NCBI GenBank assembly: GCA_964016885.1
Contig: OZ024745.1
Location: forward strand, 11,222,001 to 11,286,000
Length of the DNA: 64,000 nt
Direction: 5' to 3'
Source: Eledone cirrhosa
Taxonomy: Eukaryota
Part shown: positions 30,501 to 46,490 of the stretch, piece after piece
Numbering within the stretch: the stretch's first letter is position 1
Layout of the letters: every line of letters starts with the position of its first letter
Translations under genes and position numbers: made by a program
The notes under the pieces: generated by a model
The model's database searches: none
Seen by the model: the letters and a program-made list of their open reading frames with translations, nothing else
What the model was told of the DNA's origin: nothing

Positions 30501-32600
30501 AACTAAACTTATGATAGTAACTAAACATATGGTAGTAACTAAACATATGGTAATAACTAAACATATGGTAGTAACTAAACATATGATAGTAACTAAACAT
30601 ATGGTAGTAACTAAACATATGACAGTAACTAAATATATGGTAGTAACTAAACATATGGTAGTAAGTAAAAATATGATAGTAACTAAACATATGATAGTAA
30701 CTAAATATATGGTAGTAACTAAACATATGGTAGTAACAAAACATATGGTAGGAACTAAACATATGGTAGTAACTAAACATATGACAGTAACTAAACATAT
30801 GATAGTAACTAAATATATGGTAGTAACTAAACATATGACAGTAACTAAACATATGGTAGTAACTAAACATATGACAGTAACTAAACATTTGGTAGTAACT
30901 ATACATATGACAGTAACTAAACATATGGTAGTAACTAAACATATGGTAGAAACTAAACATATGGTAGTACCTAAACATATGGTAGTAACTAAACATATGA
31001 TAGTAACAAAACATATGACAGTAACTAAACATATGGTAGTAACTAAACATATGGTAGTAACTAAACATATGGTAGTAACTAAACATATGGTAGTAACTAA
31101 ACATATGGTAGTAACTAAACATATGGTAGTAACTAAACATATGATAGTAACTAAACATATGATAGTAACTAAACATATGATAGTAACTAAACATATGACA
31201 GTAACTAAACACATGGTAGTAACTAAACATATGGTAGTAACTAAACATATGGTAGTAACTAAACATATGATAGTAACTAAACATATGATAGTAACTTAAC
31301 ATATGGTAGTAACTAAACATATGGTAGTAACTAAACATGATAGCAACTAAACATATGATAGTAACTAAACATATGATAGTAACTAAACATATGGTAGTAA
31401 CTAAACATATGGTAGTAACTAAACATATGATAGTAACTAAACATATGATAGTAACTTAACATATGGTAGTATCTAAACATATGGAAGTAACTAAACATAT
31501 GGTAGTAACTAAACATATGGTAGTAACTAAACATATGATAGTAACTAAACATATGGTAGTAACTAAACATATGATAGTAACTAAACATATGGTAGTAACT
31601 AAACATATGGTAATAACTAAACATATGGTAGTAACTAAACATATGATAGTAACTTAACATATGGTAGTAACTAAACATATGACAGTAACTAAATATATGG
31701 TAGTAACTAAACATATGGTAGTAAGTAAAAATATGATAGTAACTAAACATATGATAGTAACTAAATATATGGTAGTAACTAAACATATGGTAGTAACAAA
31801 ACATATGGTAGGAACTAAACATATGGTAGTATCTAAACATATGACAGTAACTAAACATATGATAGTAACTAAATATATGGTAGTAACTAAACATATGATA
31901 GTAACTAAACATATGGTAGTAACTAAACATATGACAGTAACTAAACATTTGGTAGTAACTATACATATGACAGTAACTAAACATATGGTAGTAACTAAAC
32001 ATATGGTAGTAACTAAACATATGGTAGTAACTAAACATATGGTAGTAACTAAACATATGATAGTAACAAAACATATGACAGTAACTAAACATATGGTAGT
32101 AACTAAACATATGGTAGTAACTAAACATATGGTAGTAACTAAACATATGGTAGTAACTAAACATATGGTAGTAACTAAACATATGGTAGTAACTAAACAT
32201 ATGATAGTAACTAAACATATGATAGTAACTAAACATATGATAGTAACTAAACATATGACAGTAACTAAACACATGGTAGTAACTAAACATATGGTAGTAA
32301 CTAAACATATGGTAGTAACTAAACATATGATAGTAACTAAACATATGATAGTAACTTAACATATGGTAGTAACTAAACATATGGTAGTAACTAAACATGA
32401 TAGCAACTAAACATATGATAGTAACTAAACATATGATAGTAACTAAACATATGATAGTAACTAAACATATGGTAGTAACTAAACATGATAATAACTAAAC
32501 ATATGGTAGTAACTAAACATATGGTAGTAACTAAACATATGGTAGTAACTAAACATATGATAGCAACTAAACATATGACAGTAACTAAACATATGGTAGT
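24520..32600 (+). repeat. Pair of 1042/1060-bp tandem units at about 24520-26500, re-duplicated at about 30400-32460 (offset 5878-5896)
   Basis: AAGTAAAAATATG at 24785/25827 and 30663/31723. ORF offsets 25567/31463, 26463/32359 and 26589/32485 all equal 5896. Partial copies in between at offsets 2096 (26589/28685) and 1270 (27899/29169). Confidence 0.88.
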
Positions 32601-33419
32601 AACTAAACGTATGATAGTAACTAAACATATGGTAGTAACTAAACATATAATAGTAACTAAACATATGATAGCAACTAAACATATGACAGTAACTAAACAT
32701 ATGGTAGGAACTAAACATATGGTAGTAACTAAACATATGGTAGTAACTAAACATATGGTAGTAACTAAACATATGATAGTAACTAAACACATGACAGTAA
32801 CTAAACATATGGTAGTAACTAAACATATGGTAGTAACTAAACATATGATAGTAACTAAAGATATGGTAGTAACTAAACTTATGATAGTAACTAAACATAT
32901 GGTAGTAACTAAACATATGGTAGTAACTAAACATATGGTAGTAACTAAACATATGATAGCAACTAAACATATGGTAGTAACTAAACATATGATAGCAACT
33001 AAACATATGATAGTAACTAAACATATGTTAGTAACTAAACATATGGCAGTAACTAAACATATGACAGTAACTAAAAATATGGTAGTAACTAAACATGACA
33101 GTAACTAAACATATGGTAGTAACTAAACATATGGTAGTAATTAAACATATGATAGCAACTAAACATATGACAGTAACTAAACATATGGTAGTAACTAAAC
33201 ATATGATAGTAACTAAACATATGGTAGTAACTAAACATATGATAGTAACTAAACATTTGGTAGTAACTAAACATATGATAGCAACTAAACATATGATAGT
33301 AACTAAACATATGGTAGTAACTAAACATATGGTAGGAACTAAACATATGGTAGTAACTAAACATATGATAGCCACTAAACATATGATAGCAACTAAACGT
33401 ATGGTAGTAACTAAACATA

Positions 33420-36400
33420 TGGTAGTAACTAAACATATGATAGTAACTAAACATATGGTAGTAACTAAACATATGGTAGTAACTAAACATTTGGTAGTAA
33501 CTAAACATATGATAGCAACTAAACATATGGTAGTAACTAAACATATGACAGTAACTAAACATATGGTAGTAACTAAACATTTGGTAGTAACTAAACATAT
33601 GATAGCAACTAAACATATGATAGTAACTAAACATATGACAGTAACTAAACATATGATAGTAACTAAACATATGATAGTAACTAAACATATGGTAGTAACT
33701 AAACATATGGTAGTAAATAAACATATGACAGTAACTAAACATATGGTAGTAACTAAACATATGGTAGTAACTAAACATATGACAGTAACTAAACATATGG
33801 TAGTAACTAAACATATGGTAGTAACTAAACATTTGGTATTAACTAAACATATGATAGCAACTAAACATCTGATAGTAACTAAACATATGACAGTAACTAA
33901 ACATATGGTAGTAACTAAACATATGACAGTAACTAAACATATGATAGTAACTAAACATATGTTAGTAACTAAGCATATGATAGCAACTAAACATATGACA
34001 GTAACTAAACATATGTTAGTAACTAAACATATGATAGTAACTAAATATATGGCAGTAATTAAACATATGATAGTAACTAAACATATGGTAGTAACTAAAT
34101 ATATGGCAGTAACTAAACATATGACAGTAACTAAACATATGATAGTAACTAAACATATGGCAGTAATTAAACATATGATAGCATCTAAACATATGATAGT
34201 AAATAAACATATGGTAGTAACTAAACATATGACAGTAACTAAACATATGGTAGTAACTAAACATATGATAGTAGCTAAACACATGGTAGTAACTAAACAT
34301 ATAATAGTAACTAAACATATGGTAGTAACTAAACCTGACAGTAACTAAACATATGATAGTAACTAAACATATGATAGTAACTAAACATATGATAGTAACT
34401 AAACATACGGTAGTAACTAAACATATGATAGTAACTAAACATATGGTAGTAACTAAACATATGGTAGTAACTAAACATATGATAGTAGCTAAACATATGA
34501 TAGTAACTAAACATATGGTAGTAACTAAACCTTACAGTAACTAAACATATGATAGTAACTAAACATATGGTAGTAACTAAACATATGGTAGTAGCTAAAC
34601 ATATGATAGTAACTAAACATATGATAGTAACTAAACATATGGTAGTAACTAAAGATATGGTAGTAACTAAACATATGATATTAACTAAACATATGATAGT
34701 AACTAAACATATGATAGTAACTAAACATATGATAGTAACTAAAAATATGGTAGTAACTAAACATGACAGTAACTAAACATATAATAGTAACTAAAGATAT
34801 GATAGTAACTAAATATATGGTAGTAACTAAACATATGATAGTGACTAAACATATGGTAGTAACTAAACATATGGTAGTAACTAAACATATGATAGCAACT
34901 AAACATATTATAGCAACTAAACATATGACAGGAACTAAACATATGGCAGTAACTAAACATATGGTAGTATCTAAACATATGGTAGTAACTAAACATATGA
35001 TAGCAACTAAACATATGATAGCAACTAAACATATGATAGTAACTAAACATATGATAGTAACTAAAGATATGGTAGTAACTAAACATATGATAGTAACTAA
35101 ACATATGATAGTAACTAAACATATGATAGTAACTAAACATATGATAGTAACTAAACACATGATAGTAACTAAACATATGGTAGTAACTAAACATATGATA
35201 GTAACAAAACATATGGTAGTAACTAAACATATGGTAGTAACTAAACATATGATAGCAACTAAACATATGATAGCAACTAAACATATGATAGTAACTAAAC
35301 ATGATAGTAACTAAACATATGGTAGTAACTAAACATATGATAGTAACTAAACATATGATAGTAACTAAACATATGATAGTAACTAAACATATGATAGTAA
35401 CTAAACATATGGTAGTAACTAAACCTGACAGTAACTAAACATATGATAGTAACTAAACATATGATAGTAACTAAACATATGACAGTAACTAAACATATGG
35501 TAGTAACTAAACATATGATAGTAACTAAACATAAGACAGTAACTATACATATGATAGAAACTAAACATATGATAGTAACTAAACATATGACAGTAACTAA
35601 ACATATGGTAGTAACTAAACATATGATAGCAACTAAACATAAGACAGTAACTATACATATGGTAGTAACTAAACATATGATAGTAACTAAACATATGGTA
35701 GTAACTAAACATATGATAGCAACTAAACATATGGTAGTAACTAAAGATATGATAGTAACTAAACATATGATAGTAACTAAACATATGATAGTAACTAAAC
35801 ATATGGTAGTAACTAAACATATGGTAGTAACTAAACATATGATAGCAACTAAACATATGACAGTAACTATACATATGGTAGTAACTAAACATATGATAGT
35901 AACTAAACATATGGTAGTAACTAAACATATGATAGCAACTAAACATATGGTAGTAACTAAAGATATGATAGTAACTAAACATATGATAGTAACTAAACAT
36001 ATGGTAGTAACTAAACATATGGTAGTAACTAAACATATGGTAGTATCTAAACATATGGTAGTAACTAAACATATGGTAGTAACTAAACATATGGTAGTAA
36101 CTAAACATGATAATAACTAAACATATGGTAGTAACTAAACATATGATAGTAACTAAACATATGGTAGTAACTAAACATATGGTAGTAACTAAACATTTGA
36201 TAGTAACTAAACATATGATAGCAACTAAACATATGGTAGTAACTAAACATATGACAGTAACTAAACATATGGTAGTAACTAAACATTTGGTAGTAACTAA
36301 ACATATGATAGCAACTAAACATATGATAGTAACTAAACATATGACAGTAACTAAACATATGATAGTAACTAAACATATGATAGTAACTAAACATATGGTA

Positions 36401-38620
36401 GTAACTAAACATATGGTAGTAAATAAACATATGACAGTAACTAAACATATGGTAGTAACTAAACATATGGTAGTAACTAAACATATGACAGTAACTAAAC
36501 ATATGGTAGTAACTAAACATATGGTAGTAACTAAACATTTGGTATTAACTAAACATATGATAGCAACTAAACATATGATAGTAACTAAACATATGACAGT
36601 AACTAAACATATGGTAGTAACTAAACATATGACAGTAACTAAACATATGATAGTAACTAAACATATGTTAGTAACTAAGCATATGATAGCAACTAAACAT
36701 ATGACAGTAACTAAACATATGTTAGTAACTAAACATATGATAGTAACTAAATATATGGCAGTAATTAAACATATGATAGTAACTAAACATATGGTAGTAA
36801 CTAAATATATGGCAGTAACTAAACATATGACAGTAACTAAACATATGATAGTAACTAAACATATGGCAGTAATTAAACATATGATAGCATCTAAACATAT
36901 GATAGTAACTAAACATATGGTAGTAACTAAACATATGACAGTAACTAAACATATGGTAGTAACTAAACATATGATAGTAACTAAACACATGGTAGTAACT
37001 AAACATATGATAGTAACTAAACATATGGTAGTAACTAAACCTGACAGTAACTAAACATATGATAGTAACTAAACATATGATAGTAACTAAACATATGATA
37101 GTAACTAAACATATGGTAGTAACTAAACATATGATAGTAACTAAACATATGGTAGTAACTAAACATATGGTAGTAACTAAACATATGATAGTAGCTAGAC
37201 ATATGATAGTAACTAAACATATGGTAGTAACTAAACCTTACAGTAACTAAACATATGATAGTAACTAAACATATGGTAGTAACTAAACATATGGTAGTAG
37301 CTAAACATATGATAGTAACTAAACATATGATAGTAACTAAACATATGGTAGTAACTAAAGATATGGTAGTAACTAAACATATGATAGTAACTAAACATAT
37401 GATAGTAACTAAACATATGATAGTAACTAAACATATGATAGTAACTAAATATATGGTAGTAACTAAACATATGATAGTAACTAAACATATGGTAGTAACT
37501 AAACATATGGTAGTAACTAAACATATGATAGCAACTAAACATATTATAGCAACTAAAGATATGACAGTAACTAAACATATGGCAGTAACTAAACATATGG
37601 TAGTATCTAAACATATGGTAGTAACTAAACATATGATAGCAACTAAACATATGATAGCAACTAAACATATGATAGTAACTAAACATATGATAGTAACTAA
37701 AGATATGGTAGTAACTAAACCTATGATAGTAACTAAACATATGATAGTAACTAAACATATGATAGTAACTAAACATATGATAGTAACTAAAAATATGGTA
37801 GTAACTAAACATGACAGTAACTAAACATATGATAGTAACTAAACACATGATAGTAACTAAACATATGGTAGTAACTAAACATATGATAGTAACTAAACAT
37901 ATGGTAGTAACTAAACATATGGTAGTAACTAAACATATGGTAGTAACTAAACATATGATAGCAACTAAACATATGATAGCAACTAAACATATGATAGTAA
38001 CTAAACATGATAGTAACTAAACATATGGTAGTAACTAAACATATGATAGTAACTAAACATATGATAGTAACTAAACATATGATAGTAACTAAACATATGA
38101 TAGTAACTAAACATATGGTAGTAACTAAACCTGACAGTAACTAAACATATGATAGTAACTAAACATATGATAGTAACTAAACATATGACAGTAACTAAAC
38201 ATATGGTAGTAACTAAACATATGATAGTAACTAAACATAAGACAGTAACTATACATATGATAGTAACTAAACATATGATAGTAACTAAACATATGACAGT
38301 AACTAAACACATGGTAGTAACTAAACATATGATAGCAACTAAACATAAGACAGTAACTATACATATGGTAGTAACTAAACATATGATAGTAACTAAACAT
38401 ATGGTAGTAACTAAACATATGATAGCAACTAAACATATGGTAGTAACTAAAGATATGATAGTAACTAAACATATGATAGTAACTAAACATATGATAGTAA
38501 CTAAACATATGGTAGTAACTAAACATATGGTAGTAACTAAACATATGATAGCAACTAAACATATGACAGTAACTATACATATGGTAGTAACTAAACATAT
38601 GATAGTAACTAAACATATGG
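33420..38620 (+). repeat. Tandem duplication, period 2706 bp (more diverged than the 1927, 2007 and 3221 pairs)
   Basis: Offset 2706 for 34353/37059, 34549/37255, 35314/38020 and 35443/38149, and for GCATCT 34181/36887. Several private variants and monomer-number differences separate the copies. Confidence 0.9.
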
Positions 38621-39850
38621 TAGTAACTAAACATATGATAGTAACTAAACATATGGTAGTAACTAAACATATGGTAGTAACTAAACATATGATAGTAGCT
38701 AGACATATGATAGTAACTAAACATATGGTAGTAACTAAACCTTACAGTAACTAAACATATGATAGTAACTAAACATATGGTAGTAACTAAACATATGGTA
38801 GTAGCTAAACATATGATAGTAACTAAACATATGATAGTAACTAAACATATGGTAGTAACTAAAGATATGGTAGTAACTAAACATATGATAGTAACTAAAC
38901 ATATGATAGTAACTAAACATATGATAGTAACTAAACATATGATAGTAACTAAAAATATGGTAGTAACTAAACATGACAGTAACTAAACATATAATAGTAA
39001 CTAAACATATGATAGTAACTAAATATATGGTAGTAACTAAACATATGATAGTAACTAAACATATGGTAGTAACTAAACATATGGTAGTAACTAAACATAT
39101 GATAGCAACTAAACATATTATAGCAACTAAACATATGACAGTAACTAAACATATGGCAGTAACTAAACATATGGTAGTATCTAAACATATGGTAGTAACT
39201 AAACATATGATAGCAACTAAACATATGATAGCAACTAAACATATGATAGTAACTAAACATATGATAGTAACTAAAGATATGGTAGTAACTAAACCTATGA
39301 TAGTAACTAAACATATGATAGTAACTAAACATATGATAGTAACTAAACATATGATAGTAACTAAAAATATGGTAGTAACTAAACATGACAGTAACTAAAC
39401 ATATGATAGTAACTAAACACATGATAGTAACTAAACATATGGTAGTAACTAAACATATGATAGTAACTAAACATATGGTAGTAACTAAACATATGGTAGT
39501 AACTAAACATATGGTAGTAACTAAACATATGATAGCAACTAAACATATGATAGCAACTAAACATATGATAGTAACTAAACATGATAGTAACTAAACATAT
39601 GGTAGTAACTAAACATATGATAGTAACTAAACATATGATAGTAACTAAACATATGATAGTAACTAAACATATGATAGTAACTAAACATATGGTAGTAACT
39701 AAACCTGACAGTAACTAAACATATGATAGTAACTAAACATATGATAGTAACTAAACATATGACAGTAACTAAACATATGGTAGTAACTAAACATATGATA
39801 GTAACTAAACATAAGACAGTAACTATACATATGATAGTAACTAAACATAT
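37400..39850 (+). repeat. Overlapping duplication, offset 1504-1574 bp
   Basis: 37811/39385 and 38149/39723 (1574), 37255/38759 (1504). Shared rare variants GTAGCTAGAC and CCTATGATAGT. Confidence 0.85.
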
Positions 39851-42830
39851 GATAGCAACTAAACATATGACAGTAACTATACATATGGTAGTAACTAAAC
39901 ATATGATAGTAACTAAACATATGGTAGTAACTAAACATATGATAGCAACTAAACATATGGTAGTAACTAAAGATATGATAGTAACTAAACATATGATAGT
40001 AACTAAACATATGGTAGTAACTAAACATATGGTAGTAACTAAACATATGGTAGTATCTAAATATATGGTAGTAACTAAACATATGGTAGTAACTAAACAT
40101 ATGGTAGTAATTAAACATGATAATAACTAAACATATGGTAGTAACTAAACATGATAGTAACTAAACATATGGTAGTACCTAAACATATGGTAGTAATTAA
40201 ACATATGATAGTAACTAAACATATGGTAGTAACTAAACATATGGTAGTATCTAAACATATGGTAGTAACTAAACATATGGTAGTAACTAAACATATGGTA
40301 GTAACTAAATATATGATAGTAACTAAACATATGGTAGTAACTAAACATATGGTAGTAACTAAACATATGGTAGTAACTAAACATATGATAGTAACTAAAC
40401 ATAGGATAGTAACTAAACATATGATAGTAACTAAACATATGACAGTAACTAAACATATGGCAGTAACTAAACATATGGTAGTAACTAAACATATGGTAGT
40501 AACTAAACATATGACAGTAACTAAACATATGGTAGTAACTAAACATATGATAGTAACTAAACATATGATAGTAACTAAACATATGGTAGTAACTAAACAT
40601 ATGGTAGTAACTAAACATATGATAGTAACTAAACATATGGTAGTAACTAAACATTTGGTAGTAACTAAACATTTGGTAGTAACTAAACATATGATAGTAA
40701 CTAAACATATGGTAGTAACTAAACATATGATAGTAACTAAACATATGGTAGTAACTAAAGATATGGTAGTAACTAAACATATGATAGTAACTAAACATAT
40801 GATAGAAACTAAACATATGATAGTAACTAAACATATTATAGTAACTAAAAATATGGTAGTAATTAAACATGACAGTAACTAAACATATAATAGTAACTAA
40901 ACATATGATAGTAACTAAATATATGGTAGTAACTAAACATATGATAGTAACTAAACATATGGTAGTAACTAAACGTATGGTAGTAACTAAACATATGATA
41001 GCAACTAAACATATTATAGTAACTAAACATATGACAGTAACTAAACATATGGCAGTAACTAAACATATGGTAGTATCTAAACATATGGTAGTAACTAAAC
41101 ATATGATAGTAACTAAACATAAGACAGTAACTATACATATGATAGTAACTAAACATATGATAGTAACTAAACATATGACAGTAACTAAACATATGGTAGT
41201 AACTAAACATATGATAGCAACTAAACATAAGACAGTAACTATACATATGGTAGTAACTAAACATATGATAGTAACTAAACATATGGTAGTAACTAAACAT
41301 ATGATAGCAACTAAACATATGGTAGTAACTAAAGATATGATAGTAACTAAACATATGATAGTAACTAAACATATGATAGTAACTAAACATATGGTAGTAA
41401 CTAAACATATGGTAGTAACTAAACATATGATAGCAACTAAACATATGACAGTAACTATACATATGGTAGTAACTAAACATATGATAGTAACTAAACATAT
41501 GGTAGTAACTAAACATATGATAGCAACTAAACATATGGTAGTAACTAAAGATATGATAGTAACTAAACATATTATAGCAACTAAACATATGACAGTAACT
41601 AAACATATGGCAGTAACTAAACATATGGTAGTATCTAAACATATGGTAGTAACTAAACATATGATAGTAACTAAACATAAGACAGTAACTATACATATGA
41701 TAGTAACTAAACATATGATAGTAACTAAACATATGACAGTAACTAAACATATGGTAGTAACTAAACATATGATAGCAACTAAACATAAGACAGTAACTAT
41801 ACATATGGTAGTAACTAAACATATGATAGTAACTAAACATATGGTAGTAACTAAACATATGATAGCAACTAAACATATGGTAGTAACTAAAGATATGATA
41901 GTAACTAAACATATGATAGTAACTAAACATATGATAGTAACTAAATATATGGTAGTAACTAAACATATGGTAGTAACTAAACATATGATAGCAACTAAAC
42001 ATATGACAGTAACTATACATATTGTAGTAACTAAACATATGATATAACTAAACATATGGTAGTAACTAAACATATGATAGCAACTAAACATATGGTAGTA
42101 ACTAAAGATATGATAGTAACTAAACATATGATAGTAACTAAACATATGGTAGTAACTAAACATATGGTAGTAACTAAACATATGGTAGTATCTAAACATA
42201 TGGTAGTAACTAAACATATGGTAGTAACTAAACATATGGTAGTAACTAAACATGATAATAACTAAACATATGGTAGTAACTAAACATGATAGTAACTAAA
42301 CATATGGTAGTACCTAAACATATGGTAGTAATTAAACATATGATAGTAACTAAACATATGGTAGTAACTAAACATATGGTAGTATCTAAACATATGGTAG
42401 TAACTAAACATATGGTAGTAACTAAACATATGGTAGTAACTAAATATATGATAGTAACTAAACATATGGTAGTAACTAAACATATGGTAGTAACTAAACA
42501 TATGGTAGTAACTAAACATATGATAGTAACTAAACATAGGATAGTAACTAAACATATGATAGTAACTAAACATATGACAGTAACTAAACATATGGCAGTA
42601 ACTAAACATATGGTAGTAACTAAACATATGACAGTAACTAAACATATGGTAGTAACTAAACATATGATAGTAACTAAACATATGATAGTAACTAAACATA
42701 TGGTAGTAACTAAACATATGGTAGTAACTAAACATATGATAGTAACTAAACATATGGTAGTAACTAAACATTTGGTAGTAACTAAACATTTGGTAGTAAC
42801 TAAACATATGATAGTAACTAAACATATGGT
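39850..42830 (+). repeat. Duplication at offset 2135 bp enclosing a 558-bp (31-monomer) tandem duplication at about 41010-42050
   Basis: ORF starts 40151/42286 share the GTACCT-GTAATT run. AAGACAGTAACTATAC marker at 41121/41679. Confidence 0.88.
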
Positions 42831-44699
42831 AGTAACTAAACATATGGTAGTAACTAAACATATGATAGCAACTAAACATATGATAGCAACTAAACATATG
42901 GTAGTAACTAAACATATGGTAGTAACTAAACATATGATAGCAACTAAACATATGGTAGTAACTAAACATTTGGTAGTAACTAAACATATGATAGCAACTA
43001 AACATATGGTAGTAACTAAACATATGATAGTAACTAAACATATGGTAGTAACTAAACATTTGGTAGTAACTGAACATATGATATCAACTAAACATATGAT
43101 AGTAACTAAACATATGACAGTAACTAAACATATGGTAGTAACTAAACATATGACAGTAACTAAACATATGAAAGTAACTAAACATATGTTAGTAACTAAG
43201 CATATGATAGCAACTAAACATATGAGAGTAACTAAACATATGGTAGTAACTAAACATATGATAGTAACTAAACATATGGCAGTAATTAAACATATGATAG
43301 TAAATAAACATATGGTACTAACTAAATATATTGTAGTAACTAAACATATGACAGTAACTAAACATATGATAGTAACTAAACATATGGCTGTAATTAAACA
43401 TATGATAGCATCTAAACATATGATAGTAACTAAACATAAGATAGTAATTAAACATATGGTAGTAACTAAACATATGACAGTAACTAAACATATGCTAGTA
43501 ACTAAACATATGGTAGTAACTAAACATATGGTAGTAACTAAACATATGATAGTAACTAAACATATGATAGTAACTAAACATATAGTAGTAAATAAACATA
43601 TGATAGTAACTAAACATATGGTAGTAGCTAAACATATGATAGTAACTAAACATAGGATAGTAACTAAACATATGATAGTAACTAAACATGATAGTAACTA
43701 AACATATGGTAGTAACTAAACATATGATAGTTACTAAACATATGGTAGTAACTAAACATATTATAGTAACTAAACATATGATAGTAACTAAACATATGGT
43801 AGTAACTAAACATATGATAGTAACTAAACATATGGTAGTAACTAAACATATGGTAGTAACTAAACATATGGTAGTAACTAAACATATGATAGTAACTAAA
43901 CATATGGGAGTAACTAAACATATGACAGTAACTAAATATATGGTAGTAACTAAACATATGGTAGTAAGTAAACATAGGATAGTAACTAAACATATGATAG
44001 TAACTAAACATATGGTAGTAACTAAACATATGACAGTAACTAAACATATGGTAGTAACTAAACATATGGTAGTAACTAAACATATGGTAGTAACTAAACA
44101 TATGGTAGTAACTAAACATATGACAGTAACTAAACATATGGTAGTAACTAAACATATGGTAGTACCTAAACATATGGTAGTAACTAAACATATGGTAGTA
44201 ACTAAACATATGGTAGGAACTAAACATATGGTAGTAACTAAACATATGGTAGTAACTAAACATATGAAAGTAACAAAACATATGGTAGGAACTAAACATA
44301 TGGTAGTAACTAAACATATGATAGTAACTAAACATATGATAGTAATTAAACATTTGATAGTAACTAAACATATGACAGTAACTAAACAGATGGTAGTAAC
44401 TAAACATATGGTAGTAACTAAACATATGGTAGTAACTAAACATATGATAGTAACTAAACATATGATAGTAACTTAACATATGGTAGTAACTAAACATATG
44501 GTAGTAACTAAACATGATAGTAACTAAACATATGATAGTAACTAAACATATGATAGTAACTAAACATATGGTAGTAACTAAACATATGGTAGTAACTAAA
44601 CATGATAATAACTAAACATATGGTAGTAACTAAACATGATAGTAACTAAACATATGATAGTAACTAAACATATGGTAGTAACTAAACATATGGTAGTAA

Positions 44700-46490
44700 C
44701 TAAACATATGGTAGTAACTAAACATATGATAGTAACTAAACCTATGATAGGAACTAAACATATTGTAGTAACTAAACATATGACAATAACTAAACATATG
44801 GTAGTAACTAAACATATGGTAGTAACTAAACATATGGTAGTAACTAAATATATGATAGTAACTAAACATATGACAGTAACTAAACATATGGTAGTAACTA
44901 AACATATGGTAGTAACTAAACATATGGTAGTAACTAAACATATGATAGTAACTAAACATATGATAGTAACTAAACATATGGTAGTAACTAAACATATGGT
45001 AGTAACTAAACATATGATAGTATCTAAACATATGGTAGTAACTAAACATATGACAGTAACTAAACATATGGTAGTAACTAAACATATGATAGTAACTAAA
45101 CCTATGATAGGAACTAAACATATGATAGTAACTAAACATATGATAGCAACTAAACATATGGTAGTAACTAAACATTTGGTAGTAACTAAACATATGGTAG
45201 TAACTAAACATATGGTAGTAACTAAACATATGGTAGTAAATAAACATGTGACAGTAACTAAACATATGGTAGTAACTAAACATATGGTAGTAACTAAACA
45301 TATGGTAGTAACTAAACATATGACAGTAACTAAACATATGGTAGTAACTAAACATATGATAGTAACTAAACATATGGCATTAATTAAACATATGATAGTA
45401 ACTAAACATATGGTAGTAACTAAATATATGGTAGTAACTAAACATATGACAGTAACTAAACATATGATAGTAACTAAACATATGGCAGTAATTAAACATA
45501 TGATAGCATCTAAACATATGATAGTAACTAAACATATGGTAGTAACTAAACATATGACAGTAACTAAACATATGGTAGTAACTAAACATATGATAGTAAC
45601 TAAACACATGGTAGTAACTAAACATATGATAGTAACTAAACATATGGTAGTAACTAAACCTGACAGTAACTAAACATATGATAGTAACTAAACATATGGT
45701 AGTAACTAAACATATGATAGTAACTAAACATATGGTAGTAACTAAACATATGGTAGTAACTAAACATATGATAGTAGCTAAACATATGATAGTAACTAAA
45801 CATATGGTAGTAACTAAACCTTACAGTAACTAAACATATGATAGTAACTAAACATATGGTAGTAACTAAACATATGATAGTAACTAAACCTATGATAGGA
45901 ACTAAACATATTGTAGTAACTAAACATATGACAATAACTAAACATATGGTAGTAACTAAACATATGGTAGTAACTAAACATATGGTAGTAACTAAATATA
46001 TGATAGTAACTAAACATATGACAGTAACTAAACATATGGTAGTAACTAAACATATGGTAGTAACTAAACATATGGTAGTAACTAAACATATGATAGTAAC
46101 TAAACATATGATAGTAACTAAACATATGGTAGTAACTAAACATATGGTAGTAACTAAACATATGATAGTATCTAAACATATGGTAGTAACTAAACATATG
46201 ACAGTAACTAAACATATGGTAGTAACTAAACATATGATAGTAACTAAACCTATGATAGGAACTAAACATATGATAGTAACTAAACATATGATAGCAACTA
46301 AACATATGGTAGTAACTAAACATTTGGTAGTAACTAAACATATGGTAGTAACTAAACATATGGTAGTAACTAAACATATGGTAGTAAATAAACATGTGAC
46401 AGTAACTAAACATATGGTAGTAACTAAACATATGGTAGTAACTAAACATATGGTAGTAACTAAACATATGACAGTAACTAAACATATGGT
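44700..46490 (+). repeat. Duplication at offset 1148 bp
   Basis: CCTATGATAGGAAC at 44741/45889 and 45101/46249, with GACAATA and CATGTGAC variants in the same order. Confidence 0.9.
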
